Part shown: piece by piece, positions 12,297 to 23,023 of the stretch | How the letters are laid out: each line of letters begins with the position of its first letter | Numbering within the stretch: position 1 is the first letter of the stretch | Made by a program: the position numbers and the translations under genes | Assembly (NCBI GenBank): GCA_046563655.1 | Contig: CM102285.1 | Location: forward strand, 2,542,001-2,606,000 | Source: Yuukianura sp. NJ FZ-2021 | Lineage: Eukaryota | Direction: 5' to 3' | DNA: 64,000 nt | Notes under the pieces: model-generated | The model's database searches: none | What the model was told of the DNA's origin: nothing | The model's input: only the letters and a program-made list of their open reading frames with translations

Positions 12297-12785
12297 TCAT
12301 CTTCGGCTAAATATTTCAAATCCATACCTGTTCTTCCACAAATTTGTCAAGACAAAACCAAATTGAAGATTGGAATCGTAAGAGCAGGTTGGAACGGCGG
12401 CTTGGTTGATCCATTTGTAGCTGCCCTAAAGAAATGTTTGGCAGAGAATGGAATTGGATTGGAGCAAATCACGGAGATTCTAGTGCCGGGCTCATTTGAA
12501 ATTCCACTGGCTGCGAAAAACTTGAGCTCATCTGTCGATGCTGTAATCGCCGTGGGAGTTCTATTGAAGGGAGAAACTTTGTACTTTGAAATGATTTGCG
12601 AGTCGATCGTCCATGCCCTGATGAAGACTCAATTGGACACGGGCGTTCCAATTGTCAATGCTGTTTTCAACTGCTTGACGGAGGCCCAGGCGCACACGCG
12701 GTGCAATCCAACAAGTCAGTTGGTAGAATCGCTTGTGGCTACAGCAATATATATGGCGGCATTAAAACAGAAGACACTCGCTTGA
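12267..12785 (+). CDS. ribH: Stand-alone lumazine synthase-like protein (172 aa), with His-to-Tyr change in the GETxH motif
   Basis: KIGIVRAGWN, VPGSFEIP, GETLYFE, TGVPI, QAHTR; AATAAA at 12861. Confidence 0.9.
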   Translation: MDSSAPKLASSSSAKYFKSIPVLPQICQDKTKLKIGIVRAGWNGGLVDPFVAALKKCLAENGIGLEQITEILVPGSFEIPLAAKNLSSSVDAVIAVGVLLKGETLYFEMICESIVHALMKTQLDTGVPIVNAVFNCLTEAQAHTRCNPTSQLVESLVATAIYMAALKQKTLA

Positions 12786-13763
12786 AAAATTCCTACATTG
12801 TAAACTAATACTTATAGTATTAGGTTACATTAGAACGCACAACTATAAAACTCAGAGTGTAATAAAAAGTCTTGAGATTTTGGGTAGTTTTTATTTCCGT
12901 CATCGGTATTATTTTGGTTTGCCGTGCAAACTCAGATTTTCTTGAATCTTGTTTTTTTTTTTTTTTTACAAATTACAGATACCCTCTAAAAGTTTAAAGG
13001 TATTTTTTTAACCCTTGAATTTTTGAAATTTTTTGAAATAAAAAGTTCTTTGATTCTGCAGAGCCTGTAAATCTGAGGAATCTTTAAGAAATCATTCTAA
13101 AATTGCAAAATTGCAAACACTCTGCATAGTTGAAACCAAAATTAAAGGGGTCACTCACTCTTTCTTTTCCTAATTCCTGCTCAATTAGGAAGGCAATTTT
13201 GGCAACTTAGGTTCTGTAGTGATATGTTATGTTGTTATGTTATGGTATGCCAAATAGTAGCCTTATACTATCTCATTTGTGACTCCATATCTAATTATGC
13301 ATTTCCGATATCATTTTCGTCATATCTCTACACTTCAAAATCTTAGGTCACGTTGGTTTAGATGTGAATTTAACATTTCTTGGTAATAAATGATTTCTTT
13401 TTAAATAAAAACTCCTCAAGAGGTATGCTCAGTACAGATATGCTTCAATTAGTTTAAAAATTGATCTTTATCAAACACGAAGGCACAAAATTTCAAAAGA
13501 AGTTTCAAAAAATTCGCAATTTCATTGGTGCATAAAATCAAAATCCCACATTAGGGGGTAAAGAAATAAAATAAAAACAACTCTCAGTTTACAATATTTT
13601 CAATTTCGACTAAAAACTGCTCAAATTCAAAGTCCAATGTCAACAAATTTTTGCAGGAAAACGTTTTGTTTCATAATTTAAGGAATCGGGATAGCTTATG
13701 TTCACGGTTTTGCTATGTGGCCATGACAATCTTTCTAATTCTAAAAAAAAAAGAGATTTCCTT

Positions 13764-13817
13764 ATACAAATTGACTTTTAATGAATTTGGGTCACCTCAT
13801 TAAAAGTCAATTTGTAT
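13764..13817. promoter_or_regulatory. Perfect 21-bp inverted repeat with 12-nt loop upstream of ribBA-ribH
   Basis: atacaaattgacttttaatga-atttgggtcacc-tcattaaaagtcaatttgtat. A regulatory role is inferred. Confidence 0.5.
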
Positions 13818-14019
13818 TTACTGCTTGTGAATAATTACCTTCCTGACAACTCAAATTCAACTAAATCCACAATTCACAACCCAAATTTTAAAACCAAGCA
13901 CTCAAATTCAAAATCGAAACCTCAAATTAAGAGTTAAAATTAAAACTACGCATTTTTGAAACACAAACTCACCTTTTAAAAAGCAAAACAAAAAGCTGAA
14001 ACTCCAGTTTAAAGCCAAA

Positions 14020-15870
14020 ATGGACTCAACTGGTCCAAAATTCGCTTCAATTCCAGAAGCACTGGATGATTTCCGTGCCGGAAAATTTCTTATTGTAGTC
14101 GACGATGAAAACCGAGAAAACGAGTGTGATCTAATACTGGCAGCTCAGTTTGCTTGTCCAGCCAAAGTTGCATTTTGTGTTAACTACACCACTGGCATTT
14201 TGTGTGCTCCAATGACAGCTCTCCGAGCAAGTAAACTTCAACTACCAATGATGGTCCATGCCAATCAAGATCCAAATCGCACAGCATTTACAGTCACTAC
14301 TGACTCAGTTGACACTTCTACTGGAGTCAGTGCTTCAGACAGGTCAGTGACCTTTAAGCAATTGGCAGATCCAGAGGTCAAGGCACGTCAGTTCCGGCGA
14401 CCCGGACATATTTTCCCGCTGATTGCTCGTGCTGGCGGTGTGCTAGAACGGCCTGGTCACACCGAAGCGGCTGTAGATCTTTGTAAGCTATCTGGCTTAT
14501 CTCCGGTTGGTCTGATTGGAGAACTCGTCAATAAAGATGGGACGATGAAAAGATTAAGAGATGGCGCTGCATTTGGAATGAAACACAACATTAAGTTGAT
14601 TAGCATTGAACAACTCATATCCTACAGGCTGTCGAACCATAGCCTCAAAGTAGAAGATTTTGGAGCTTCAAATTTCAAATTTCAAAATTCGTACGGAGTC
14701 GAACTCGTTTCGGAATGCAAAATACCGGTTTGTTTGCGAGAAACCGATTTTGGAACATGGGCACTCAAGTGCTTCTTTTCCCATTTGGACGGAAGACATC
14801 ACGTGGCCCTGGAACTAGGTGACTTTTCGGAACAACCCGTCTTGACACGAGTGCATTCGGAATGCTTCACGGGAGATGTGATTGGATCACAACGTTGTGA
14901 CTGTGGCGAACAATTGTACAGATCAATTCAAATGATTGCCGCAGAGGGCCGCGGATTTCTTTTGTACAATGTTGGACACGAGGGAAGAGGAATTGGGCTT
15001 GCAAATAAAATTTTGGCCTATCATTTGCAACAAACTAAAAACATGGACACTTTTGCAGCAAATGAGGCTCTTGGATTTTGTGATGACTCGAGAAACTATG
15101 ATACTGCCAAGGCCATTTTGAAATTTGTGGGCATTGAAAAAATACATCTCATCACGAGCAACAAGGAGAAAGTGCGGGGTTTTCAAAATTTTGTTGATGC
15201 TGTTATTCCATTGGATGGAACGCCCAATCCACACAACCATGCATATTTGAAAGCAAAGAAAGAAAAGAATAGAAATGGCGCCAAGGATGAAACAGTTTTG
15301 TCTAATTTTGGTTCAATTCCGAATCAGGCCATCTCTTCGTCGGAATCGGCAGATATTTCATCCAGTAATGTTCCAGAGCGGGAAGATTTGAGTAAACATT
15401 TCAAATCTGTACCCGTTCTTCCCGAAATTTGTAAGGACACAACCAAACTGAAGATTGGTATTGTACGAGCCAGTTGGAACGACGGGTTGATTGGTCCATT
15501 TGTATCAGCACTTAAGAAAAATTTGGTCGAAAACGGAATTCAGTTGGAACAGATCACGGAAATTCTAGTGCCGGGATCGTTTGAAATTCCGCTTGTTGCG
15601 AAAACTTTGAGTTCTTCAGTGGATGCTGTAATTGCAGTTGGAATTTTAGTGAAGGGAGAAACTTTGCACTTTGAAATGATTTCCGCATCGGTGGTTCATG
15701 CTTTGATGAAGATTCAACTGGACACAGGCGTTCCAATCGTGAATGCTGTTTTCAACTGTTTGACGGAGGCCCAGGCGCATACGCGGTGCAATCCAACAAG
15801 TCAGTTGGTAGAATCGCTTGTGGCTACGGCAATATACATGGCGGCGTTAAAACAGAAGTCATTCACTTAA
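14020..15870 (+). CDS. ribBA-ribH: Trifunctional DHBP synthase - GTP cyclohydrolase II - lumazine synthase fusion (616 aa, intronless)
   Basis: RibB: DDENRENECD, TAFTV, RPGHIFPL, GHTEA. RibA: RVHSECFTGD..SQRCDCGEQL, HEGRGIGL. Ser-rich linker. RibH: GSFEIP, GETLHFE. Confidence 0.95.
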   Translation: MDSTGPKFASIPEALDDFRAGKFLIVVDDENRENECDLILAAQFACPAKVAFCVNYTTGILCAPMTALRASKLQLPMMVHANQDPNRTAFTVTTDSVDTSTGVSASDRSVTFKQLADPEVKARQFRRPGHIFPLIARAGGVLERPGHTEAAVDLCKLSGLSPVGLIGELVNKDGTMKRLRDGAAFGMKHNIKLISIEQLISYRLSNHSLKVEDFGASNFKFQNSYGVELVSECKIPVCLRETDFGTWALKCFFSHLDGRHHVALELGDFSEQPVLTRVHSECFTGDVIGSQRCDCGEQLYRSIQMIAAEGRGFLLYNVGHEGRGIGLANKILAYHLQQTKNMDTFAANEALGFCDDSRNYDTAKAILKFVGIEKIHLITSNKEKVRGFQNFVDAVIPLDGTPNPHNHAYLKAKKEKNRNGAKDETVLSNFGSIPNQAISSSESADISSSNVPEREDLSKHFKSVPVLPEICKDTTKLKIGIVRASWNDGLIGPFVSALKKNLVENGIQLEQITEILVPGSFEIPLVAKTLSSSVDAVIAVGILVKGETLHFEMISASVVHALMKIQLDTGVPIVNAVFNCLTEAQAHTRCNPTSQLVESLVATAIYMAALKQKSFT

Positions 15871-16006
15871 AAAAAGCCAGCATAATAAACTATTTATGCC
15901 TTCGCGCAAATGTAAGAGAACAGAAAATTTTCAACAAAAATTATTTTTAAAAACCCTGAATTTTGCCATTATGTTTTGCTGTAACATTTACAATGTCCAC
16001 CACTAG

Positions 16007-16160
16007 TTACAACAAGATGGAGGAATGTTGGCGTGAAGAACCTGTGCACCGCCCACCCTTTGCAGAACTTGTTGCCTTCTGCAGAAAAATTCACCACAAT
16101 GAGAAAACTTTGTATATATTTAACATCCCAGTGATTACTAGCTTACAGCTATTAAAATAA
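16007..16160 (+). pseudogene. Isolated exon resembling tyrosine-kinase subdomain XI
   Basis: After CTAG acceptor: YNKMEECWREEPVHRPPFAELV, matching Y.xM..CW...P..RP.F..L; no other kinase exons seen in the window. Confidence 0.6.
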
Positions 16161-16447
16161 GTGTTCTTCCAGCTTGTTAAAAATTAAAGCTAATCTGTAA
16201 ATTTAATGGAAATCAAAAACTCTTGTGCAGTAACGATCAAAGTTTTAGCTGGAAGTTATTTTTAATAAAGGGTATAAGTGTTAGCCTGAACAACCTTGAA
16301 CAAAGATTTGAATACAACATTGTCCAATGGATCATTCCATACTGTATAACCTTATTGCTTCAAAATTTATTGCCTTCCGGTTTTAGTTTTTGGTTAATGC
16401 ATGTTAGAATTTATCAATGCCATTTTTTGAGGCACTGCGGTGCTGAT

Positions 16448-16924
16448 TTACTCCTTTGTATTTAGCGCCTTTTGAATCCATACTGCAAACTCGTTCACAG
16501 AAATTCTGCCATCGTGATCAGTGTCAGCGTCTTTCAAAAGTTGTTCGTAGCTTGAATCCTTGAGTCGCTGATCATGCGTAACGACAAATTGCAGGAAGTA
16601 GTCAAATTCTTCACGCGAAATATATCCATCTCCATCTTTGTCGTAAACTCTTGCGGCTGTTAGCATTGCGGCTGCCGTATCATGAAGCAACTGCATGAAC
16701 TCCATGTAGAGTTCCAACGGTAACCTGCCACCATAAAATTTCTCAAAGAATCCAACGTAGTTTTCTACTTGTTCTGGCGTCCGATCCCAATCCATTTGCT
16801 TGATGACTTCGAAAAAGTCACTTGTTGCAACTGATTCACCATCAAAAGTTGGCATCGACCGGTACGTCTGCTTGAGTTCTTCTAATTCCGAAGCTGAGAG
16901 AGGTTTCGTGTAGTCACGCGGCAT
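16448..16924 (-). CDS. Calmodulin-like EF-hand protein A (158 aa)
   Basis: Canonical loops DKDGDGYISREE and DTDHDGRISVNE in the C-lobe; N-lobe loops degenerate; ATG at 16924 aligns with paralogues. Confidence 0.88.
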   Translation of the reverse strand: MPRDYTKPLSASELEELKQTYRSMPTFDGESVATSDFFEVIKQMDWDRTPEQVENYVGFFEKFYGGRLPLELYMEFMQLLHDTAAAMLTAARVYDKDGDGYISREEFDYFLQFVVTHDQRLKDSSYEQLLKDADTDHDGRISVNEFAVWIQKALNTKE

Positions 16925-17759
16925 CCTAGAAACCAAAATTTTCTTTGACAATTTTCAGTTTTGAAACAAATTGTTCAAATTTCACGTAATCCTGTTGAGG
17001 GTATAACGACTGACTCTTCTTGACCTGAATGATTGAGATTTAAAGGGAATAATTTTGCTAAATGTTATTCAATTAGCGTAAACCACTGATTCCAAAACCG
17101 CAAAACACGTAACAAATGTGGTGTTACAATGATACAGAATGTTTAACAAAAGAGTGGTTTTTTAAACTGATATGTGTTTTCTGAGTCTTGAATTATGTAG
17201 AACAGCATACGACATGACTTCCTCAAATTCTTCCCGCAAAATAAATCAATCGTTGCTTTTCTCGGATGACGCGCTCCAGTCTGCATTATATCCGCCGTAT
17301 CATAAAGTTGCTGAACACAATACAAAAATCTGGACAGATATACTGCCAGCATAACTTCTCGAAGTAGGAGACAAATAACGTTGACTTCTTCTGGGCTTCG
17401 CATGCTCTTTAGTTGCTGTATTCCTGTAGGGTAACGGGATATGCGGTAGTCTGGTGGCATTTTACAGAATTTAACTTGCCGCAAAAATTACAACTATAGA
17501 AGTTGCTCCACTGATATGTATGTTAACAAGAATAATAACAAAACAGACCACTTAACTTTAATAATTTTTTTAATTAGAGTAAACCGCTAATACCAAAACC
17601 AGACAAAGGTTTGCCGTAATCTGGAGGCATCCTTCCAAAAAGGAAGCAGACTTTTGATTGGAGTTAAACGAAAAACTTTAGTAGACTTAAGAAAAAGAAT
17701 CCGTGCAGAATAAAATGGACTTGTGTGTTACTTTTGCTGAGAATAAATAAAAGAACAAC

Positions 17760-17835
17760 CTTTATTAAGTATCGTCAGATACTTATAGGCATCGTCTTGT
17801 CCGTCCGTTCATCCGTCTGTCCGTCCGTCCGTCTG
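17760..17835. repeat. Hairpin plus (GTCC/GTCT)n microsatellite resembling a DINE-1/Helentron-associated element end
   Basis: taagtatc-gtca-gatactta stem after a T-run, followed by gtccgtccgttcatccgtctgtccgtccgtccgtct. Confidence 0.5.
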
Positions 17836-18745
17836 AAGTCCCTTGAATATAAAAATTTTTTACTGTGAACCAGACCTTGCTAAGTCCTTGATCTCACCAT
17901 GCTTATTTATATCGTTTTTGCAAGAAGTTTATTTTATTTTTTTTTTAAGAAGTAATTGACCCAATTCGCTCTAACACGATGATTTCTAAACCATAAAGCT
18001 TAATTTAACTAATAAAACCAGTACAAGATACTGTTTCTTAGCGGTGTTTTGTTTTTTTGGAAGGTGTTTTCCAAACTGAAAAATACCTCAGTCTACTTAT
18101 TGAGCGCTAACATAGAAATTATCATTTTTTTTCAAATTTTATATAGAAGCCTTATGGAGCAAATGTTTTTGAAAAGCTAAGTTTTTTCATAAGCTCTGTT
18201 TTTGGAAGCGGAAAAAGCAACAACAGAAACCACTTTCTAAGAAAAGACAATAACCTGTAATATTTTTAGAGTCACACAATCATTTCAAAACAAATGAAAC
18301 CACGAAGTTTATTGAATTAGTGTAACCACTTTAAGAAATGTTGTTTTCATGTATTCATTGCTGAAAGAACGAAGCGAACAATTGTAACTAATGACATTTC
18401 GGTAAAACTCCGCTAATTTTAATCAATATAACTCATGTAGTGTTTTTGTCCCTGCTAGTGATAATATTTGTGAACACCCATAAATGTCATTGAAAAAAAG
18501 GACCTCTGATTAAAAAAAAAAAACAAAGTGCTGTTTTTTTAAAATTTATCTAGGATTTTATTTACAATTTATTTAACAGGAATTAACTGATCCGTGATTG
18601 CTTGGTCGACGAGAAGTCAAAATTTCATTTCACAAGTCATTGTTAGCTTAAAGCGTTTTTTTTCTGTTTCTTTGAAAATATGTACTCAAAAATAAAGTTG
18701 TAGTTACGCGAGTTGATCAATTTAGGTTGTCATTTCTTTATTGCC

Positions 18746-19213
18746 TCAATTTATCATAGCTCTAATCGAATCCGCAAAATCTTCCACGCTCACTTTGCCC
18801 CCATGTTCAGCGTCTGCTTTTTCAAAAACTTCTGCAAAGTCGTTCCCCTGCAACCTCGGATCATGCGCGACGATGATACCTTTAAATTCTTCGAAATCTT
18901 CTTTGGACAGCAGTCCATCTCCATTTGTGTCGTACGGCTTAGCTCGAACCTTCATCACTGCAGCCGTGTCGTAGATATTTGCCAAGCTTTCTTGAACGAT
19001 ATGCAACGGAAATCTTCCTCCATAAAATCTTGCAGAGTAAGTCCTGTACGCCTCCACTTGTTCTGGACTTCTCTCCCATCCTATTTTCTGCCAGAAATCT
19101 GCCGTATCAGCGCCTGCAATCGAATTGTCTTCAAAACTCGGCATGGAACGAAAAGCTTCTGCGATTTCCTCCAAGTCTGAAGTGGAAAGCGGTTTTGTGA
19201 AATCTATCGGCAT
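18746..19213 (-). CDS. Calmodulin-like EF-hand protein B (155 aa)
   Basis: MPIDFTKPL start; loops DTNGDGLLSKED and degenerate DAEHGGKVSVED; TATA-like TTTATAAA about 80 nt upstream. Confidence 0.88.
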   Translation of the reverse strand: MPIDFTKPLSTSDLEEIAEAFRSMPSFEDNSIAGADTADFWQKIGWERSPEQVEAYRTYSARFYGGRFPLHIVQESLANIYDTAAVMKVRAKPYDTNGDGLLSKEDFEEFKGIIVAHDPRLQGNDFAEVFEKADAEHGGKVSVEDFADSIRAMIN

Positions 19214-20391
19214 TCTGGAGAAGTTGAACTTTGAAGTTTTCTGCAGACGGAAATCTACAACTAAACTTGGAAAATAGACTGAAGGTCTTTTTATAAAGGC
19301 TGGTGCTATTGATAGTTTCAGTTGAATTGTAAAGAAACTACGCAACTTGAGTTAAAATATTAGGACAGAGAAGGTCAAGTTGCCTGCTCGCTAAACTTTT
19401 AAGCAATAAACAACAGTCGACACGCCTTCGAAATTCTGCCAAAAAACAAAAATTTGAATTTTGAAAATAATAATTTGTCGAAAATTTATCCACTGGAAGA
19501 ACATTTATCATTTGACTAACAAAACTGTGCGCCTGTAAACACACCCCGTGCAATGCAAACATTGACACATTACTATTGCATAATGCATAAACAATTTACT
19601 CTCAAGGCCGAACGCCCTAAACTGGAATTCAGGAAACATACGATCCAAAGACTCAAACATGGCATCGAAAGGTCAGCATTATTCGAGAAATTTCTGAAAT
19701 TTTGCAAAATATGAAGAAAAACCATATTATGTGTATAATTTCGGGGCATTTGGAAAAAATTCAAAATCTTGTCAATTTATGAAAACAAAAATACATGGAG
19801 AGTAATTACGAGGAAAAAGGAGCCGATCCACTGAGAATTGAAAAACAGACCATCCGTGTCATTTTTTAAAGCCTGTTTAGTCCAATACTAACATTTCTCA
19901 GCAGATTTCCAAACTTTTGCCTAGTTTAGTTCTGATTTGAAAACCATCGATGAATTTCATTAACCAATCTGAAAATATTAGTATGACGAACGGTTTCAGC
20001 ATTGAATTTTACAACATTTGGAGTTTATGTGGAATTACCAATATGAAATTATCGTTTCTTGCGTCAGTACTTCTAGTTACACTAATGAAATTTTCGCGAC
20101 ATTAATAAAGAGAAAGTGTATAAATATATTAGGAGTTTTTTTGACATTTTATTTCTTTCAGTTTTAAAATAAAACAATTACAATTATTGAGTTTAATTCC
20201 AATTGAGTTTAGATTAAACAATAACATGTTTAATTATATTTGTTCTAACTTTTTTTGGTGTCATAAACATTAACATAAAATATTTTGCTACTTTAACGCA
20301 ACAATTTCTCAGAGGAATAAATTCTTAAACGAAAAAACTTCTCTCAGCGGCGAGCTATTCGATGTGCTGCTTACAAGAATCCCCATAAATC

Positions 20392-20862
20392 TTACTGCAG
20401 CGTGGTATTGATCGAATCAGCAAATTTTTTCAAGCTCACTTTGCCATCATGGTTGGTGTCTGCATCGTTGATGACTTCCGCAAAGTCCTTGTCCTTCAAT
20501 CTGGGATCGTGAGTGACTATAGTATTTTTTATTTCCTCAAAATCCTCTCTGGAAACCAGCCCAGCGCCGTTTTTGTCGTACACTCTGCTGCCAATCAGCA
20601 CTGATGCTGCTGTGTCATGTGCCTGTGCCATGGATTCCATAAAAAGTTCTAGCGAAAACCTCCCTTCAAAAAACTTGTCAAAATATGCGCTGTACGCAGC
20701 AAGTTGTTCCGGAGTTCGCTCCCAGCCAATTTTGCTGAACAACTCAGCCGAGTCGCTACTGTTACAAATTGAGCCGTTTTCAAATGTCGGCAACGATCGA
20801 AAAATTTCTGCCATTTCTTCCAGGTCTGCAGCGGCAAGCGGTTTTGTAAAATCTCGTGACAT
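20392..20862 (-). CDS. Calmodulin-like EF-hand protein C (156 aa)
   Basis: Paralogue; loops DKNGAGLVSRED and DTNHDGKVSLKK. Confidence 0.88.
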   Translation of the reverse strand: MSRDFTKPLAAADLEEMAEIFRSLPTFENGSICNSSDSAELFSKIGWERTPEQLAAYSAYFDKFFEGRFSLELFMESMAQAHDTAASVLIGSRVYDKNGAGLVSREDFEEIKNTIVTHDPRLKDKDFAEVINDADTNHDGKVSLKKFADSINTTLQ

Positions 20863-21459
20863 TTTTGCAATTTTTGTTTACCTTTCCTTGTTTAGGGGCA
20901 GGGTTGAAATTCAGCAACTGATTAAAAATTGGCATTTAGCCCTTTTATACAGCTTTGCTTAATGATAATTTTGAAACTACGCAACTAAACTAACTTTAAA
21001 TGCGCTGATGTACACAAGGTCACAGATCACTCGTTACATAAGTTGTACATCCATAAAATCACAAACGTTTTTTTAACATTCGGTCAAATTGTTAAAACAT
21101 ATTGTATATATGTAATGTAGATAAAACATAAAAAATTTAAAAAAAATGTACAGAAAAACAACAAATAATCACACCCAAAAATAAAATCGGAAAATGAATA
21201 ATATCTTTTGTAATTTTATTTTCTTTTGGTTAATAAATGTTTCCACGCCCACTTCTCCTAGTGACAAATTTATATCCTTGTTCTTTCTCAAAAATTTTGA
21301 ATTTTTATTTATTGATTGGCTCGAATTCATGATATTGTGGATTAAGCTAGTAGCAACTACTAAATACATGCAATAAAGTTTTTTCAAATCTATAGCATGT
21401 GTTTTTCAAATGCTATTGAAGCAAAGCTACTACTCATGTTGCGATTCGACGCGTTGATT

Positions 21460-21933
21460 TCAGTCTGACTTTAGCGCAGTTTTAATCAAAGCAGCAAATT
21501 CTGCCAAGCTGACTTTCCCGCTATGATTGACATCTGCATCTGTCATGAGCCGAACAAAAGCCGCTTCCTTCAACTTTGGCTCATGCGTGATCATAGTTTT
21601 TTCCAGTACACTAAAATCCTCTTTAGAGACCAGACCGTCCCCGTTTATGTCGAACACTCTGGCTCCGATTAACATAAGTTCTGCTGGATCTTGAACGATT
21701 GCCATTCCTTCTTGGAAGATTTGGAAAGGAATCCTCCCGCCAAATTTTGTTTCATAGTAGGAGCTGTATGCAGAGATTTGTTCTGGGGTCCGATCCCACT
21801 CAATTTTCTTGAAAAACTGAGCCAATTCACTAACTGAGATTGATTCATCTTCAAACGACGGCATCGACCTAAAGGATTCTGCGATTTCCTCCAAATCCGA
21901 ATTGGAAAGAGGTTTTGTGAAATCTCTAGTCAT
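21460..21933 (-). CDS. Calmodulin-like EF-hand protein D (157 aa)
   Basis: Paralogue; loops DINGDGLVSKED and DVNHSGKVSLAE. Confidence 0.88.
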   Translation of the reverse strand: MTRDFTKPLSNSDLEEIAESFRSMPSFEDESISVSELAQFFKKIEWDRTPEQISAYSSYYETKFGGRIPFQIFQEGMAIVQDPAELMLIGARVFDINGDGLVSKEDFSVLEKTMITHEPKLKEAAFVRLMTDADVNHSGKVSLAEFAALIKTALKSD

Positions 21934-23023
21934 TTTCCAAATTTAATTTTAATTTTGCGGATTTAAGAGAAAAAAAAAGTTGCAAATTAAATCAGTAACT
22001 AATCAAAAGAAACACACGTTTGGTCTACTTTATATGCGACCTTCCATGGCTTGCTTCCTTTAAAGATTAAAACATTTCCAAACCAAGTTCATGTAATTAC
22101 TGAACCGACACAGTATGATAACATAAGCGCCGTCGTATACTTAAGTGTCACTTTAAATCTCAAGTCAACTGAAACCACATCTGCCTGATTCCGGATTTGA
22201 GTTTGCTTTAAATTTTGGGAGTGGAAATGCTCAATTCATTTACAAAGAACTGAATCAGCGTATCTTTTAAGATTTACATATCCTTTACAATATTGTCAAA
22301 AAATATTGAGCAATCCTGGAAATTTATTGTCTAAAAAGTAACTACTTGTCATATAACTACTACTACTTCTCATTTTATTTTGTTGCGAAAACTCTCCTAT
22401 TCGTCCCGCCTCATTACCAATTTCCCACTATTCTCGTCCATCATTGTCAAGTTAAAAGAAGGTTTTCATGAAACATTGAATTTTACGAGAATTTTTCTAA
22501 ATTGAATAACAAAATTTGGATCTTAACGCCTCGCGTTTGAGGGATTGAAAGAAGTTACAACATACAACACTAGTAAAGTTAATTTCAGTGTTTGTCCGAT
22601 TACGTAACAGGATTCCGTGACTACTAAGATGATTTACAGAACATACAACAAACCCCTACACATACGAAAATCGTTTGAAAATAAAACAATGTTAGTTTCA
22701 AAATTTAAAAAAAAAACCTAAGTATTGATGTCTTTATTAGATAAATGTTTTTCTTGAGGCCATTTTGACTTAAAATTTCATTCTTGGCATTGTGCGAATG
22801 AAGGTAAAATAAATAAAACGTTCAAACAATGTATTCTTGTGCCACTGAAATTGTTAAAGGCAATTGTAATAACATTTTATTGACACCGTCAAGAGAAGTA
22901 AAAGTTGATTGATAAAGGAAAGGTGAAGCGTAGAATGAAAAATTTTTAGCAGTAACTTGAGTTCGTTCTTTTAGCTGTTCTTCGGAACTGTTTTTTTAGC
23001 TGGATTCTACTACAACAGTAAAA

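Noticed and set aside
11523-14019. FMN riboswitch upstream of the rib genes
   Set aside because: No RFN consensus segments were seen by eye; an Infernal search with the FMN model would be decisive.
9503-15870. Bacterial contaminant or endosymbiont rib operon
   Set aside because: Spliceosomal intron, divergent rather than operonic layout, AATAAA signals and AT-rich spacers continuous with the flanking intron-rich genes. Misassembly cannot be fully excluded without reads.
17143-17484. 113-aa ORF between EF-hand genes
   Set aside because: Non-ATG start, no motifs, no paralogy or splice support.
14923-20962. Antisense and alternative-frame ORFs over ribBA-ribH and the EF-hand genes (e.g. 14923-15240, 18713-19180, 20513-20962)
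   Set aside because: Shadows of real genes with no independent motifs; the same applies to short ORFs overlapping the decarboxylases and PKS.
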